Assembly (NCBI GenBank): GCA_938084745.1
Contig: CALKEZ010000001.1
Span: forward strand, 1,127 to 65,126
Length of the DNA stretch: 64,000 bases
Direction: 5' to 3'
DNA from: an uncultured Gammaproteobacteria bacterium
Lineage (GTDB): Bacteria > Pseudomonadota > Gammaproteobacteria > Eutrophobiales > Eutrophobiaceae
The translations under genes were made by a program, and so were the position numbers. Each line of letters opens with the position of its first letter. Position 1 is the first letter of the stretch. Under the pieces are notes generated by a model that made no database searches, was not told the DNA's origin, and saw only the letters and a list, made by a program, of their open reading frames with translations. Positions 53,436 through 63,273 of this stretch are shown here, one piece after another.

Positions 53436-54905
53436 ATGACCAATAAAAGTCTAGGCGACCCCTTTGACGCAAATAGCAAGTTGACACATTCGACCTCATG
53501 TCGATGTGAGACTTGTAAGGCCGAGCAATCCAGTCCCAATGGATTGAGCGATAGTGAACGACAGCAATTAATGGAACGGCAAGCCGAAGCTTCCGAAATT
53601 CATGCTTCCGGAAGTGAAAGAGGCGATACACCCGAATTTGAGAGCAGCGATGATATGCTTGACCGCGCCGTAGAGAGCGCCATCGTTCGTGGCATGTTTG
53701 GTCATAACGACGCCAGTCGTCGTAACTTTATCAAACTCGTTGGCGGTGGCACACTGGCAACCGTGCTCGGCAGTATTCTGCCTATGGATAAGGTAAAGGC
53801 CGCAGTTAAAGATTCATTCGGTCCTCTTGAAAAAACCAAATTAAAAGTAGGTTTTGTCCCGATCACTTGCGCCACACCAATCATCATGGCTCAACCTATG
53901 GGCTTTTATGCCAAGTATGGCCTTGATGTCGATGTCATAAAAACAGCCGGTTGGGCTGTCGCTCGAGACAAATCACTGAATGGCGAATACGACGCATCAC
54001 ATATGCTGACGCCGATGCCATTAGCAATGAGTATGGGTGCCGGTTCTACATCGACGCCTTATATCATGCCTGCAGTTGAAAATATTAACGGTCAGGCGAT
54101 CGTTCTGCACAATAAACATAAAGATAAACGTGATCCTAAACAGTGGAAAGGCTTTAAGTTTGGCGTGCCGTTTGATTACTCCATGCATAACTTTTTATTA
54201 CGTTACTATGTTGCTGAACATGGTATCGATCCCGATCAGGATATTCAGATAAGAGTAGTACCACCACCAGAGATGGTAGCTAATCTACGCGCCGGCAACC
54301 TGGATGGTTACCTGTCTCCAGACCCATTCAACCAACGTGCCGTCTATGAAAAAATTGGTTTTCTACACATTCTGACGAAAGATATCTGGGAAGGGCATCC
54401 TTGTTGCGCATTCGCTTGTAGTGAGAAATTTGCGAAAGAAATGCCAAATACCTATGCCGCACTGTTTAAATCGATCGTTGATGCAACACACTTCTCGGCT
54501 AAAGCAGAAAATCGTGCCGAAATTGCCAAAGCCATCTCACCTAAGAATTACCTCAATCAACCGGAGGTAGTGGTCAGACAGGTTTTGACCGGGCGTTATG
54601 TCGACGGTCTTGAAGAGAAAGTATTCGATGTGCCTGATCGAATCGACTTTGATCCGTTCCCATGGCATTCAATGGCCGTCTGGATTCTGACACAGATGAA
54701 ACGCTGGGGTTATGTTGAAGGTGATATTGACTACACCGGCATTGCCGAGCGCGTCTATGTTGCTGCAGAAACCGGCAAGGTCATGAAAGAACTGGGCTAT
54801 ACACCGCCGGATAAAACTTACCAGAACTACACCATCATGGGTAAAACATTTGATTACACCAAGCCGGAAGAATACATCAATAGTTTTGCGATTAAACGAG
54901 GCTAG
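53436..54905 (+). CDS. cynA: CmpA/NrtA-family ABC substrate-binding protein (cyanate-binding, CynA-like)
   Basis: GFVPITCATP, YSMHNFLLRYY, PPPEMVANL, PDPFNQRA and GHPCC; internal SRRNF Tat-like motif; upstream of cyanase. Confidence 0.85.
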   Translation: MTNKSLGDPFDANSKLTHSTSCRCETCKAEQSSPNGLSDSERQQLMERQAEASEIHASGSERGDTPEFESSDDMLDRAVESAIVRGMFGHNDASRRNFIKLVGGGTLATVLGSILPMDKVKAAVKDSFGPLEKTKLKVGFVPITCATPIIMAQPMGFYAKYGLDVDVIKTAGWAVARDKSLNGEYDASHMLTPMPLAMSMGAGSTSTPYIMPAVENINGQAIVLHNKHKDKRDPKQWKGFKFGVPFDYSMHNFLLRYYVAEHGIDPDQDIQIRVVPPPEMVANLRAGNLDGYLSPDPFNQRAVYEKIGFLHILTKDIWEGHPCCAFACSEKFAKEMPNTYAALFKSIVDATHFSAKAENRAEIAKAISPKNYLNQPEVVVRQVLTGRYVDGLEEKVFDVPDRIDFDPFPWHSMAVWILTQMKRWGYVEGDIDYTGIAERVYVAAETGKVMKELGYTPPDKTYQNYTIMGKTFDYTKPEEYINSFAIKRG

Positions 54906-54910
54906 CGATA

Positions 54911-55735
54911 ATGTCACTTAACTTTCGTGCCGGTGTCTTATCGCTGGTAATACTGTTCCTCTTGCTTGGAATTTGGGAAGCGCTTAATCAGCCGCCAGAT
55001 GCGTCAAAAGCGCTTTCCGAATTCGAACTTTTGATGGGTGGCTCGGATCAAGAAGCACGTGTTCCACCACCCTCGTCAGTGCTAAAACATGCTTATGATG
55101 AATTGAGTAATCCTTTTTATGATGCCGGACCGAACGATAAGGGTATTGGTATTCAAATCGCCTATTCGATTTATCGCGTTTTGTTAGGTTATTTCGCTGC
55201 TGCACTGATAGCGATCCCGTTAGGGTTTGTAATCGGGATGTCACCGTTGATGTATCGGGCGTTGAATCCTTTTATACAGGTGCTAAGGCCGATATCGCCG
55301 CTGGCATGGATGCCACTGGCACTGTTTATCATTAAGGACTCGGAACAATCAGCCATCTTTGTTATTTTCATTTGCTCTATCTGGCCGATGCTGATCAATA
55401 CCGCATTTGGTGTGGCGAGTGTCCGCACAGACTGGGTTCGCGTTGCGCAGACACATGAGTTAAGTCAATTAAAAACTGCGTTTCAAGTAATTCTGCCCGC
55501 TGCTGCGCCAACAATTTTAACCGGTATGCGCATCTCTATCGGTATTGCCTGGTTAGTTATCGTTGCAGCTGAAATGCTGGTGGGCGGAACCGGCATCGGT
55601 TACTACGTCTGGAACGAGTGGAATAACCTTGATTTAAACAGCGTTATTTTTTCCATCTTGATGATCGGTGTTGTTGGCATGATATTGGATTTTGCTCTGG
55701 GCACAGTCGCAAAAATTGTGCAGTACGAGGAGTAA
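54911..55735 (+). CDS. cynB: Cyanate/nitrate ABC transporter permease
   Basis: PNDKGIG, LRPISPLAW and AWLVIVAAEM NrtB-family motifs. Confidence 0.85.
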   Translation: MSLNFRAGVLSLVILFLLLGIWEALNQPPDASKALSEFELLMGGSDQEARVPPPSSVLKHAYDELSNPFYDAGPNDKGIGIQIAYSIYRVLLGYFAAALIAIPLGFVIGMSPLMYRALNPFIQVLRPISPLAWMPLALFIIKDSEQSAIFVIFICSIWPMLINTAFGVASVRTDWVRVAQTHELSQLKTAFQVILPAAAPTILTGMRISIGIAWLVIVAAEMLVGGTGIGYYVWNEWNNLDLNSVIFSILMIGVVGMILDFALGTVAKIVQYEE

Positions 55736-55739
55736 AAAA

Positions 55740-56648
55740 ATGAGTAAGTATTTTCTAAGTATGGAAGGATTGACAAAAATCTTTCCCAGTAAAGAAGAAG
55801 ACATGGTGGTATTTGAAAATATCAATATCGGTCTGAACAAGGGTGAATTCGTCTGCATCATTGGTCATTCGGGTTGCGGCAAATCCACCATCATGAATGT
55901 TCTGGCGGGACTCGATAGTCCTACTAGTGGCAGTGTCATTATGGATGGCCATGAAGTTTCCGGTCCGAGTCTGGATCGAGGCGTGGTATTTCAAAACTAT
56001 AGCCTGTTGCCGTGGCTAACGGCAATGCAGAATGTCTCATTTGGTGTTAAGGCGCGTTGTCCTGACTGGACCAGGGAACAGGTGATCGCACACAGTCGAA
56101 AATACCTGGAAATGGTCGGACTGGAAGAATCATTGAATAAAAAACCGGCACAATTATCGGGTGGCATGCGACAGCGCGTGAGCATTGCACGTGCCTTCGC
56201 TACCAACCCGAAGTTATTGTTACTGGATGAACCGTTTGGCGCATTGGACGCGTTGACCCGCGGAATTATTCAGGACGAGCTGATAAAAATCTGGGGTGAA
56301 ACACAACAAACTGTTTTCATGATCACGCACGACGTCGATGAAGCTATTTTACTGGCTGATCGCGTGCTGCTAATGACTAACGGCCCAAAGGCACGCGTTG
56401 CAGAATCGGTGCTGATCAATTTACCCAGACCACGTAAACGCGATACGGTTATTGATGATCCGAATTACTACAAGATTCGTAATCATCTGGTTCATTTTCT
56501 GGTGAAACGTTCTGAAGAACTATCCGGATCTGTAAGTGATGAAGACGGTGGCACCATCGTCATCGACCCGACTAAAGACACCAGCACCAAAGTTGAAAAT
56601 ACTGGTGAACAAGACACCAATCCACAATATGAGCGCGTCGCTCTTTAA
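55740..56648 (+). CDS. cynD: Cyanate/nitrate ABC transporter ATP-binding protein
   Basis: GHSGCGKST, LSGGMRQR and LDEPFGALD; ATG 55740 after GAGGAG. Confidence 0.85.
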   Translation: MSKYFLSMEGLTKIFPSKEEDMVVFENINIGLNKGEFVCIIGHSGCGKSTIMNVLAGLDSPTSGSVIMDGHEVSGPSLDRGVVFQNYSLLPWLTAMQNVSFGVKARCPDWTREQVIAHSRKYLEMVGLEESLNKKPAQLSGGMRQRVSIARAFATNPKLLLLDEPFGALDALTRGIIQDELIKIWGETQQTVFMITHDVDEAILLADRVLLMTNGPKARVAESVLINLPRPRKRDTVIDDPNYYKIRNHLVHFLVKRSEELSGSVSDEDGGTIVIDPTKDTSTKVENTGEQDTNPQYERVAL

Positions 56649-56672
56649 ATATATATCTATCAGGAGAATAAA

Positions 56673-57113
56673 ATGGATAAAGTAACCATGACAGAAAAAA
56701 TCATGAATGCAAAAACTAGTAAAGGGGCTAGCTGGGAAACGGCCGGTAAAACACTCGGTATGTCGCCAGTGTGGCTAACTTCGGCTTGTCTGGGAATGAA
56801 CAGCGCACCTGAAGAAAAAGCAAAAGCGATTGCTGATTACTTTGGTTTGGGGCCGGATGTTGTCGATGCGCTCGTTGCCTTCCCCACCAAGATATGGGAT
56901 CAAGCCGTTCCAACCGATCCGCTGATTTATCGTTTGTACGAGGTAGTCGGTGTATATGGTGAAACACTAAAAGAAGTTATTCAGGAAAAATTTGGTGACG
57001 GCATTATGAGTGCAATCGATTTTTCCATGGAAGTGGACAAGATAGAAGATCCTAAAGGTGATCGTGTTTTGCTTACCTTAAATGGCAAGTTTCTTCCTTA
57101 TAAATCCTGGTAA
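56673..57113 (+). CDS. cynS: Cyanase (cyanate hydratase)
   Basis: PTDPLIYRLYE, FGDGIMSAIDF and GKFLPY signature. Confidence 0.97.
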   Translation: MDKVTMTEKIMNAKTSKGASWETAGKTLGMSPVWLTSACLGMNSAPEEKAKAIADYFGLGPDVVDALVAFPTKIWDQAVPTDPLIYRLYEVVGVYGETLKEVIQEKFGDGIMSAIDFSMEVDKIEDPKGDRVLLTLNGKFLPYKSW

Positions 57114-57133
57114 TTTAGATTCAGCCTTTAGCA

Positions 57134-57607
57134 ATGACTGACAAGCAACGCCCACCGCTGCCACCGTTTGATTATGATAGTGCAACTATCAAGGTACGTA
57201 AGGCAGAAGATGCATGGAACACAAGGAATCCGGATGCCATTGCACTCGCTTACAGTGTTGATTCCGTCTGGCGCAATCGTGCAGAGTTCCTGCAGGGCCG
57301 CGATCAAATAGTCGCGTTCTTAAACCGAAAATGGATGCGTGAACTCGACTATCGTTTAATCAAGGAAATATGGGCACATGATAAAAATCGGATTGCTGTT
57401 CGTTTTGCCTACGAATGGCATGATGATTTAAACAACTGGTATCGATCCTATGGTAATGAAAACTGGGAGTTCGATGAAAGCGGTCTGATGAAAAAACGTA
57501 TTGCCAGTATTAACGATGTGACCATTGATGAATCGGAGCGGAAGTTTCATTGGCCCAGTGGACCGCGTCCAGAAGATTATCCGAGCCTGTCTGAACTGGG
57601 TCTTTAA
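57134..57607 (+). CDS. DUF1348 / SnoaL-like NTF2-fold protein
   Basis: [35 protein letters not shown] and RIASIND. Confidence 0.9.
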   Translation: MTDKQRPPLPPFDYDSATIKVRKAEDAWNTRNPDAIALAYSVDSVWRNRAEFLQGRDQIVAFLNRKWMRELDYRLIKEIWAHDKNRIAVRFAYEWHDDLNNWYRSYGNENWEFDESGLMKKRIASINDVTIDESERKFHWPSGPRPEDYPSLSELGL

Positions 57608-57796
57608 TACAATCCGGATTTTTCAGCTGGTTTATTGATTGACCGTTTCCTGCCAGCGCTGCAATGCCCTTTCGTAATAAACAAAAATACAATTTTCACA
57701 GCCACGGTTGCAACACTCTGCTGCATCTGGCCTGACCGGTTTTGTCGGATGTTGTTTTGACGTCTCTTGCTTATTCATTTTGAAAACTGAAGTTGA

Positions 57797-58216
57797 TTAA
57801 CCTGTTGCGAATAACTGTGCACGGTCTTTAAACGATTTAAACTCAAGTGCATTGGCACTAGCATCAGAAATAAAGAACGTCGCTTGTTCGCCTGGCTCGC
57901 CTTTAAAGCGGATGGTTGGCTTAATTAAATAATTGATCGGTTGTTTATCCAGTCGCTCGACAAGTTGATGCCAAACATCCCATTCCAGTACCAGACCGAA
58001 ATGTCTGACCGGTACTGCCTCACCATCAACCGGGTTCGTTTCAGCTTTATCTAAGGCTTCCGGTTTGACATGTGCGGAAAGTTGATGGCCGAAGAAATTA
58101 AAATCAATCCAGTGTTCAGCCTCACGACCAACCGTACAACCGATTATGTTCGAATAAAACTCACGCGTTGTTTTTATATCCCTGACCGGTATGGCAAGAT
58201 GAAACGGGGAAAGCAA
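57797..58216 (-). CDS. VOC/glyoxalase family protein
   Basis: FHLAIPV, WIDFNFFGHQL, VPVRHFG and NALEFK. Confidence 0.88.
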   Translation of the reverse strand: MLSPFHLAIPVRDIKTTREFYSNIIGCTVGREAEHWIDFNFFGHQLSAHVKPEALDKAETNPVDGEAVPVRHFGLVLEWDVWHQLVERLDKQPINYLIKPTIRFKGEPGEQATFFISDASANALEFKSFKDRAQLFATG

Positions 58217-58233
58217 AGTCGCAACGCCAGCCG

Positions 58234-59325
58234 TTATACATTAAACCTGAAGAGAATAACGTCACCGTCCTTAACGATGTATTCCTTGCCTTCTGAACGC
58301 CATTTTCCAGCATCCTTCGCGCCTTGCTCACCCTTATACTGAATGTAGTCAGCAAAAGCCGTGACTTCTGCCCGGATAAAGCCTCGTTCAAAATCAGTAT
58401 GGATAACACCGGCTGCTTTTGGAGCAGTCGAACCGACCGGAATAGTCCAGGCACGCACTTCTTTTTCACCAGCAGTAAAATAATTCTGTAACCCAAGTAA
58501 CTCGTAACCCGCACGAATAATACGATTTAAGCCTGGCTCTTCCATGCCCAACGCATCCAGAAACTCCTGTTTTTCATCCTCGTCCAGTTGCGATACTTCA
58601 GCTTCTATCGACGCACAGACAGGAATCAATTGGGCATTTTCATTTTCGATCAAGCCCTGGATTTTTTCTAACCAGGGATTGGAATCAAGACCGTCTTCTT
58701 CAACATTGGCAATATATAAAGTCGGCTTCTGGGTCAGCAAGTGCAGATTATAAATCAAGGCGAGATCATCTTCTGACAATGACATGGAACGTACAGGCAA
58801 GCCCTGATCCAGATGCGCCATTACGGCCTCAAGGCGTTCCTGTTCCAGCTTGGCTGATTTATCACCACTGCGGGTTAACTTCGCTGCTTTTTGTAGCGCC
58901 TTGGTGACGGTTTCTTGATCAGCAAGACAAAGTTCAGTATTGATAACTTCTATATCCGAAATTGGATCAACCTTACCCGCAACATGCACAATATTATCAT
59001 CGTCGAAACAACGTACCACCTGAGCAACGGCATGTGTCTCTCGAATATTGGCCAGAAATTTATTGCCCAGACCTTCACCTTTCGATGCACCTTCAACGAG
59101 GCCGGCAATATCAACAAACTCCATATGCGCCGGCACTATACGCTGCGGTTTGACGATCTCGGCCAGTTGTTGCATACGCTTATCAGGGACCGCGACAACG
59201 CCAACATGGGGGTCGATGGTACAGAAAGGATAATTCTCTGCGTCTATCGCTGAGTTGGTTAACGCATTAAAAAGCGTCGATTTACCGACATTTGGTAAAC
59301 CAACAATGCCACATTTAAATCCCAT
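58234..59325 (-). CDS. ychF: Redox-regulated ATPase YchF
   Basis: [22 protein letters not shown] and GLGNKFL; C-terminal TGS domain. Confidence 0.98.
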   Translation of the reverse strand: MGFKCGIVGLPNVGKSTLFNALTNSAIDAENYPFCTIDPHVGVVAVPDKRMQQLAEIVKPQRIVPAHMEFVDIAGLVEGASKGEGLGNKFLANIRETHAVAQVVRCFDDDNIVHVAGKVDPISDIEVINTELCLADQETVTKALQKAAKLTRSGDKSAKLEQERLEAVMAHLDQGLPVRSMSLSEDDLALIYNLHLLTQKPTLYIANVEEDGLDSNPWLEKIQGLIENENAQLIPVCASIEAEVSQLDEDEKQEFLDALGMEEPGLNRIIRAGYELLGLQNYFTAGEKEVRAWTIPVGSTAPKAAGVIHTDFERGFIRAEVTAFADYIQYKGEQGAKDAGKWRSEGKEYIVKDGDVILFRFNV

Positions 59326-59343
59326 AGAATCTCTTCCGCATTA

Positions 59344-59949
59344 TTAAGCGGATGGATCCGCTTCAGGTTTATTTTTTTTATTCAGTTCTGTCATCAGCTT
59401 ATTAAGATTGTCCTGAAAAAACTGATCACTTTTTTCAAGTGCTAAAGAAAAAGACTGAATAATCTGTTCTTCTTCATCGGCACTGGCACGTCCGAGAACA
59501 TAAGGCACAACTTTATCCTTACTGCCGGGATGACCTACGCCTATTCTCAAACGTAAAAAATCACTATTCCCTGTAGCCTGAATAATATCGCGCAGGCCGT
59601 TATGGCCACCATGGCCACCGCCTTTCTTGAGCCGCACAGTGCCTGGACTCAGATCAATTTCATCATGGACGACCATGACTTGATCCATAGTCAGTTTATA
59701 ATAATTAACTATCGCTTGTACGGCAGCGCCGCTGCCATTCATAAAGGTTTGAGGTTTACATAGCCAACAATCGATAGACGCTTTCTGATAGCGGCATACT
59801 TCAGCTTGAAATTTTTTTTCGAAAGAAAAACTAAGTGAGAGTTTTTTTGCCAGGGCATCGACAAACCAGAAACCAGCGTTATGCCGTGTCATCAAATATT
59901 CGGGGCCCGGATTACCCAGGCCCACGATTAATTTGATCAAGGAAGACAT
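59344..59949 (-). CDS. pth: Peptidyl-tRNA hydrolase
   Basis: GLGNPG, TRHNAGF, HDE, GGHNG and RLRIG. Confidence 0.97.
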   Translation of the reverse strand: MSSLIKLIVGLGNPGPEYLMTRHNAGFWFVDALAKKLSLSFSFEKKFQAEVCRYQKASIDCWLCKPQTFMNGSGAAVQAIVNYYKLTMDQVMVVHDEIDLSPGTVRLKKGGGHGGHNGLRDIIQATGNSDFLRLRIGVGHPGSKDKVVPYVLGRASADEEEQIIQSFSLALEKSDQFFQDNLNKLMTELNKKNKPEADPSA

Positions 59950-59971
59950 CTCCTCAGCTTAATACTGAGTA

Positions 59972-60637
59972 TTAACTTTCCTTGTCTTCAGAATCTTTAT
60001 CTTCGTCAGGAGCTGCTGCCTCAATACCTTCTTCAGCTTCGGTTTCTTCTTCTGTTACAACTCGGGGTAGATGAACTGAAGCAACAGGCTGATCTTCTTC
60101 TTGACCGTGCAAGAGATCATAAATCTGAACGCCTTCAGGTAATTTCAATTCGGTAAGATGCACAGTATCACCGACATTAACCTCTAACATGTCTACTTCA
60201 ATGTATTCTGGCAAATCCTTGGGTAAACATACAATTTCCAGTTCCGAGATTAAGTGGCTGATAACACCACCATCGTTCTTGACACCAGCACATTTCTCTT
60301 CATTGATGTAATGCAGAGGCACACGCATATTCAGCGTTTCATTTGCATCGATTCGTAGTAAATCTATGTGCAACAACACGCGTTTGTAAGGATGGCGCTG
60401 CAGATCTTTCAAAACCACCTTTTCGCTATCATCACCCACTTTGAGCGTCAGGATGTGTGAGTAAAATGCTTCATGATCGAGATTGTGCATAATGGCATTA
60501 TGATTCAGCGAGATCATAGTTACCTCTTTGCCGGTACCATAAACGATACCGGGTACTTTGCCGGCGCGGCGTAGGCGGCGGCTCGCACCTTTCCCTACAT
60601 CCGTACGCGCTTCGGCGTTGAGTTCAAATTCATTCAT
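59972..60637 (-). CDS. rplY: 50S ribosomal protein L25/Ctc (long form)
   Basis: GKGASRRLRR, VPGIVYG and QRHP..HID, with TL5 C-domain and acidic tail. Confidence 0.96.
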   Translation of the reverse strand: MNEFELNAEARTDVGKGASRRLRRAGKVPGIVYGTGKEVTMISLNHNAIMHNLDHEAFYSHILTLKVGDDSEKVVLKDLQRHPYKRVLLHIDLLRIDANETLNMRVPLHYINEEKCAGVKNDGGVISHLISELEIVCLPKDLPEYIEVDMLEVNVGDTVHLTELKLPEGVQIYDLLHGQEEDQPVASVHLPRVVTEEETEAEEGIEAAAPDEDKDSEDKES

Positions 60638-60676
60638 TTTGTTACTACTCCTTAATATTTAAGGGTTATTGTTTAC

Positions 60677-60700
60677 CTCCTGAACGCGACCAATCAGGAG
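60677..60700 (-). promoter_or_regulatory. Hairpin in the rplY leader, candidate L25 autoregulatory element
   Basis: Minus strand CUCCUGA-UUGGUCGCGU-UCAGGAG forms a perfect 7-bp stem in the prs-rplY spacer. Confidence 0.5.
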
Positions 60701-60716
60701 AATTTAAGCAAAAAGA

Positions 60717-61670
60717 CTAATCCAGAAACATGGAGCTTAAGGATTCACCTTCTGCAATACGACGCATACTCTCAGCCAGCATTGCTGCCACACTGAGTTG
60801 TCGAATACGATCACAGGTTGCTGCCTCTGAGCGAAGCGGGATTGTATCTGTTACAACCAATTCATCAAGTCTTGAATTCTCTATATTTTTCACTGCATTC
60901 CCGGAAAGCACCGGATGCGTGCAGTAAGCGACCACTTTTACAGCTCCAAAATCCTTCAATGCCCCCGCAGCATTACATAAGGTACCGGCAGTATCGACTA
61001 AATCATCGATAATCACACAGGTTCGACCTTCTACATCACCGATGATGTTCATAATTTCGGATTGGTTCGGATTAGGGCGACGTTTATCAATAATGGCCAA
61101 ATCCGTATCATCCAAACGCTTTGCCAGTGCCCGGGCACGTACGACACCACCCACATCGGGCGAAACCACCATTAAATCAGGATACTTATGTTTCCATAAG
61201 TCACCTAACAACACAGGCGATCCATAGACATTGTCTAATGGAATATCAAAAAAGCCCTGTATTTGATCAGCATGTAAATCGACGGTCAGGACACGGTCTA
61301 TACCGGCGGCGGCGATCATATTCGCGACGACTTTTGCCGTAATCGGAACACGCGCTGAGCGAGAGCGTCGATCCTGGCGCGCGTAACCCAAATAAGGAAT
61401 AACCGCAGTTATCCGGGTCGCTGAAGCACGCTTCAAAGCGTCGGCCATGACCAACAATTCCATCAAATTGTCGTTAGTCGGCGCACAGACGGGTTGCATG
61501 ATATAAACATCCCGACCACGTACATTCTCGTTAATCTCAACCATGACTTCGCCATCGCTGAAACGACCCACTGATATTTTACCCAGGGGTATATTGAGAT
61601 ACTCGGCTGCCTCAAGTGCTAATTTTGGATTAGCATTACCACTGAATAACATCATATTGGAAATGGACAT
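60717..61670 (-). CDS. prs: Ribose-phosphate pyrophosphokinase
   Basis: [22 protein letters not shown] and DDLVDTAGT. Confidence 0.98.
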   Translation of the reverse strand: MSISNMMLFSGNANPKLALEAAEYLNIPLGKISVGRFSDGEVMVEINENVRGRDVYIMQPVCAPTNDNLMELLVMADALKRASATRITAVIPYLGYARQDRRSRSARVPITAKVVANMIAAAGIDRVLTVDLHADQIQGFFDIPLDNVYGSPVLLGDLWKHKYPDLMVVSPDVGGVVRARALAKRLDDTDLAIIDKRRPNPNQSEIMNIIGDVEGRTCVIIDDLVDTAGTLCNAAGALKDFGAVKVVAYCTHPVLSGNAVKNIENSRLDELVVTDTIPLRSEAATCDRIRQLSVAAMLAESMRRIAEGESLSSMFLD

Positions 61671-61702
61671 GAACTTGCGTTCTCCAGACTATTTAAAAAA
61701 TA

Positions 61703-61779
61703 TGGCTGGGGTGCCAGGACTCGAACCTGGGAATGCATGGATCAAAACCATGTGCCTTAACCAGCTTGGCCACACCCCA
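61703..61779 (-). tRNA. tRNA-Gln (UUG)
   Basis: Reverse complement TGGGGTGTGGCCAAGCTGGTTAAGGCACATGGTTTTGATCCATGCATTCCCAGGTTCGAGTCCTGGCACCCCAGCCA folds into a cloverleaf with anticodon TTG and encoded CCA; typical ispE-tRNA-Gln-prs position. Confidence 0.97.
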
Positions 61780-61817
61780 ATTTAATCATTTTTAATATCG
61801 TCACGAATGAACTTGTT

Positions 61818-62672
61818 TTAAACCCTGGATCGTTCAGCCGCCAATCGTTTTAATAAGGGCGATCTATTCATCCCTTTTACAACATAGCCTTGCCAGTTAT
61901 CCGGCAATTGCTGTTTTACTATTGTTGCTGCATCACTATCTGAGAATGGGGCAAATAAACAGGCACCCGTGCCGGTTAATTTTGCTGGTGCAAATTGCTC
62001 GAGCCATTCGAGAGCATTTGCGACCTTTTGGTAGTGTTTTCGCACCACAAATTCACAGTCATTTATGCCTCCCCTTTCGAGGAAGTCGCGTATTGTGATA
62101 GTAGGTGTATTCCGTGTCAAATCATCTGCGTTAAATACTGACGCTGTCGCGATACTACAACCCGGATGTACGACCAAATAAACGCTCTCTGTTGGTTCTA
62201 TGGGCGTCAGATTCTCACCCACGCCCTCGGCCCAAGCCGCTTGTCCATGAACAAATACCGGAACATCGGCACCAAGCGAGAGCCCAATACTGGCCAACTC
62301 CGTGGTAGATAATCCACATTGCCATAATTCATTTAAGGCTACCAGGGTCGTTGCGGCATCAGAACTCCCCCCCCCCAAACCACCACCAGCAGGAATACTT
62401 TTATTTACATTAATATGCACGCCCAGCTTGCAGCCGCTACTTTCTTTCAAACAACGCGCGGCGCGCACAACCAGATCATCCTCTGCTGCCACACCGGCTA
62501 ATGTTGAACTACGCGAAACGGTATTGGCTTCCAGAAGGGTAAAATCTATCTCATCGGCAAGCTCAATAAATTGAAATACCGTTTGTAACAGGTGATAACC
62601 ATCCGGTCGTCGCCCTGTTATATGCAAGAATAGATTGAGTTTTGCCGGTGCCGGCCAGGCAGAACTTAGCAT
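61818..62672 (-). CDS. ispE: 4-diphosphocytidyl-2-C-methyl-D-erythritol kinase
   Basis: PAPAKLNLFL, GYH.LQT, GGLGGGSSDAA and LGADVP. Confidence 0.97.
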   Translation of the reverse strand: MLSSAWPAPAKLNLFLHITGRRPDGYHLLQTVFQFIELADEIDFTLLEANTVSRSSTLAGVAAEDDLVVRAARCLKESSGCKLGVHINVNKSIPAGGGLGGGSSDAATTLVALNELWQCGLSTTELASIGLSLGADVPVFVHGQAAWAEGVGENLTPIEPTESVYLVVHPGCSIATASVFNADDLTRNTPTITIRDFLERGGINDCEFVVRKHYQKVANALEWLEQFAPAKLTGTGACLFAPFSDSDAATIVKQQLPDNWQGYVVKGMNRSPLLKRLAAERSRV

Positions 62673-62676
62673 GAGA

Positions 62677-63273
62677 TTAAATTTTCCAGTTTTGGATGAT
62701 TAATTTAAGTTGAATATCATCACTCTTGATTACCAGTTTTTCAGGTAGAGAAATACCATTATGGTCAACATAACGTAACACGCTAATATCAAAACCGGAC
62801 TGTTGCATATTCATAAGGCGACCCTTTTCATCTAGTTTGAGCCCACTAAAGATCATGTAAGGCTCAGGTACGCCGCGTACCCAGTACTTTAATCCATTCA
62901 GGTGCAGCTTCCAACCAAGCGCTTCATACAATAACTGCTCTGCGGTCTGGGCCATTCTGAATGTATTATCAGGTCCCTGCATAATGACCCCATCGCGGGT
63001 ACTTTTCAGGATATAGGTGCCTTGCCCTAGCGGCGCGATAACGCGTAATTCGTAATTTGTAGGCGATTGATTCCAAAGCAGTGTCGCGGTACCACTGTCT
63101 TGCTCATTCTTTACTGCAAGACGGCCATTGATATCCCAGCTATTAATGGCATGGATAGCGATTTGATGTTCAAGCCATAGTTGCGGTTTTAAATCTGCAT
63201 CAATTATTTTGGGGGCTGTCGTACAGGCGCCTAGCAGGGAGACTGCCAGTAAAAGTGGAATTAACCGGATCAC
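62677..63273 (-). CDS. lolB: Outer membrane lipoprotein LolB
   Basis: Lipobox LGAC, W...GR, PLGQ, W.RGVP and LP..L; lolB-ispE synteny. Confidence 0.9.
   Translation of the reverse strand: MIRLIPLLLAVSLLGACTTAPKIIDADLKPQLWLEHQIAIHAINSWDINGRLAVKNEQDSGTATLLWNQSPTNYELRVIAPLGQGTYILKSTRDGVIMQGPDNTFRMAQTAEQLLYEALGWKLHLNGLKYWVRGVPEPYMIFSGLKLDEKGRLMNMQQSGFDISVLRYVDHNGISLPEKLVIKSDDIQLKLIIQNWKI

Noticed and set aside
53436-56648. Nitrate or bicarbonate transporter assignment for the NrtA/CmpA-family ABC system
   Set aside because: No nitrate/nitrite reductase or carbon-fixation genes are adjacent, and the downstream cynS favours cyanate (nitrite co-transport is not excluded)
61703-61779. tRNA-Gln as an integration site
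   Set aside because: Both flanks are core genes, and I saw no integrase or duplicated tRNA 3' end
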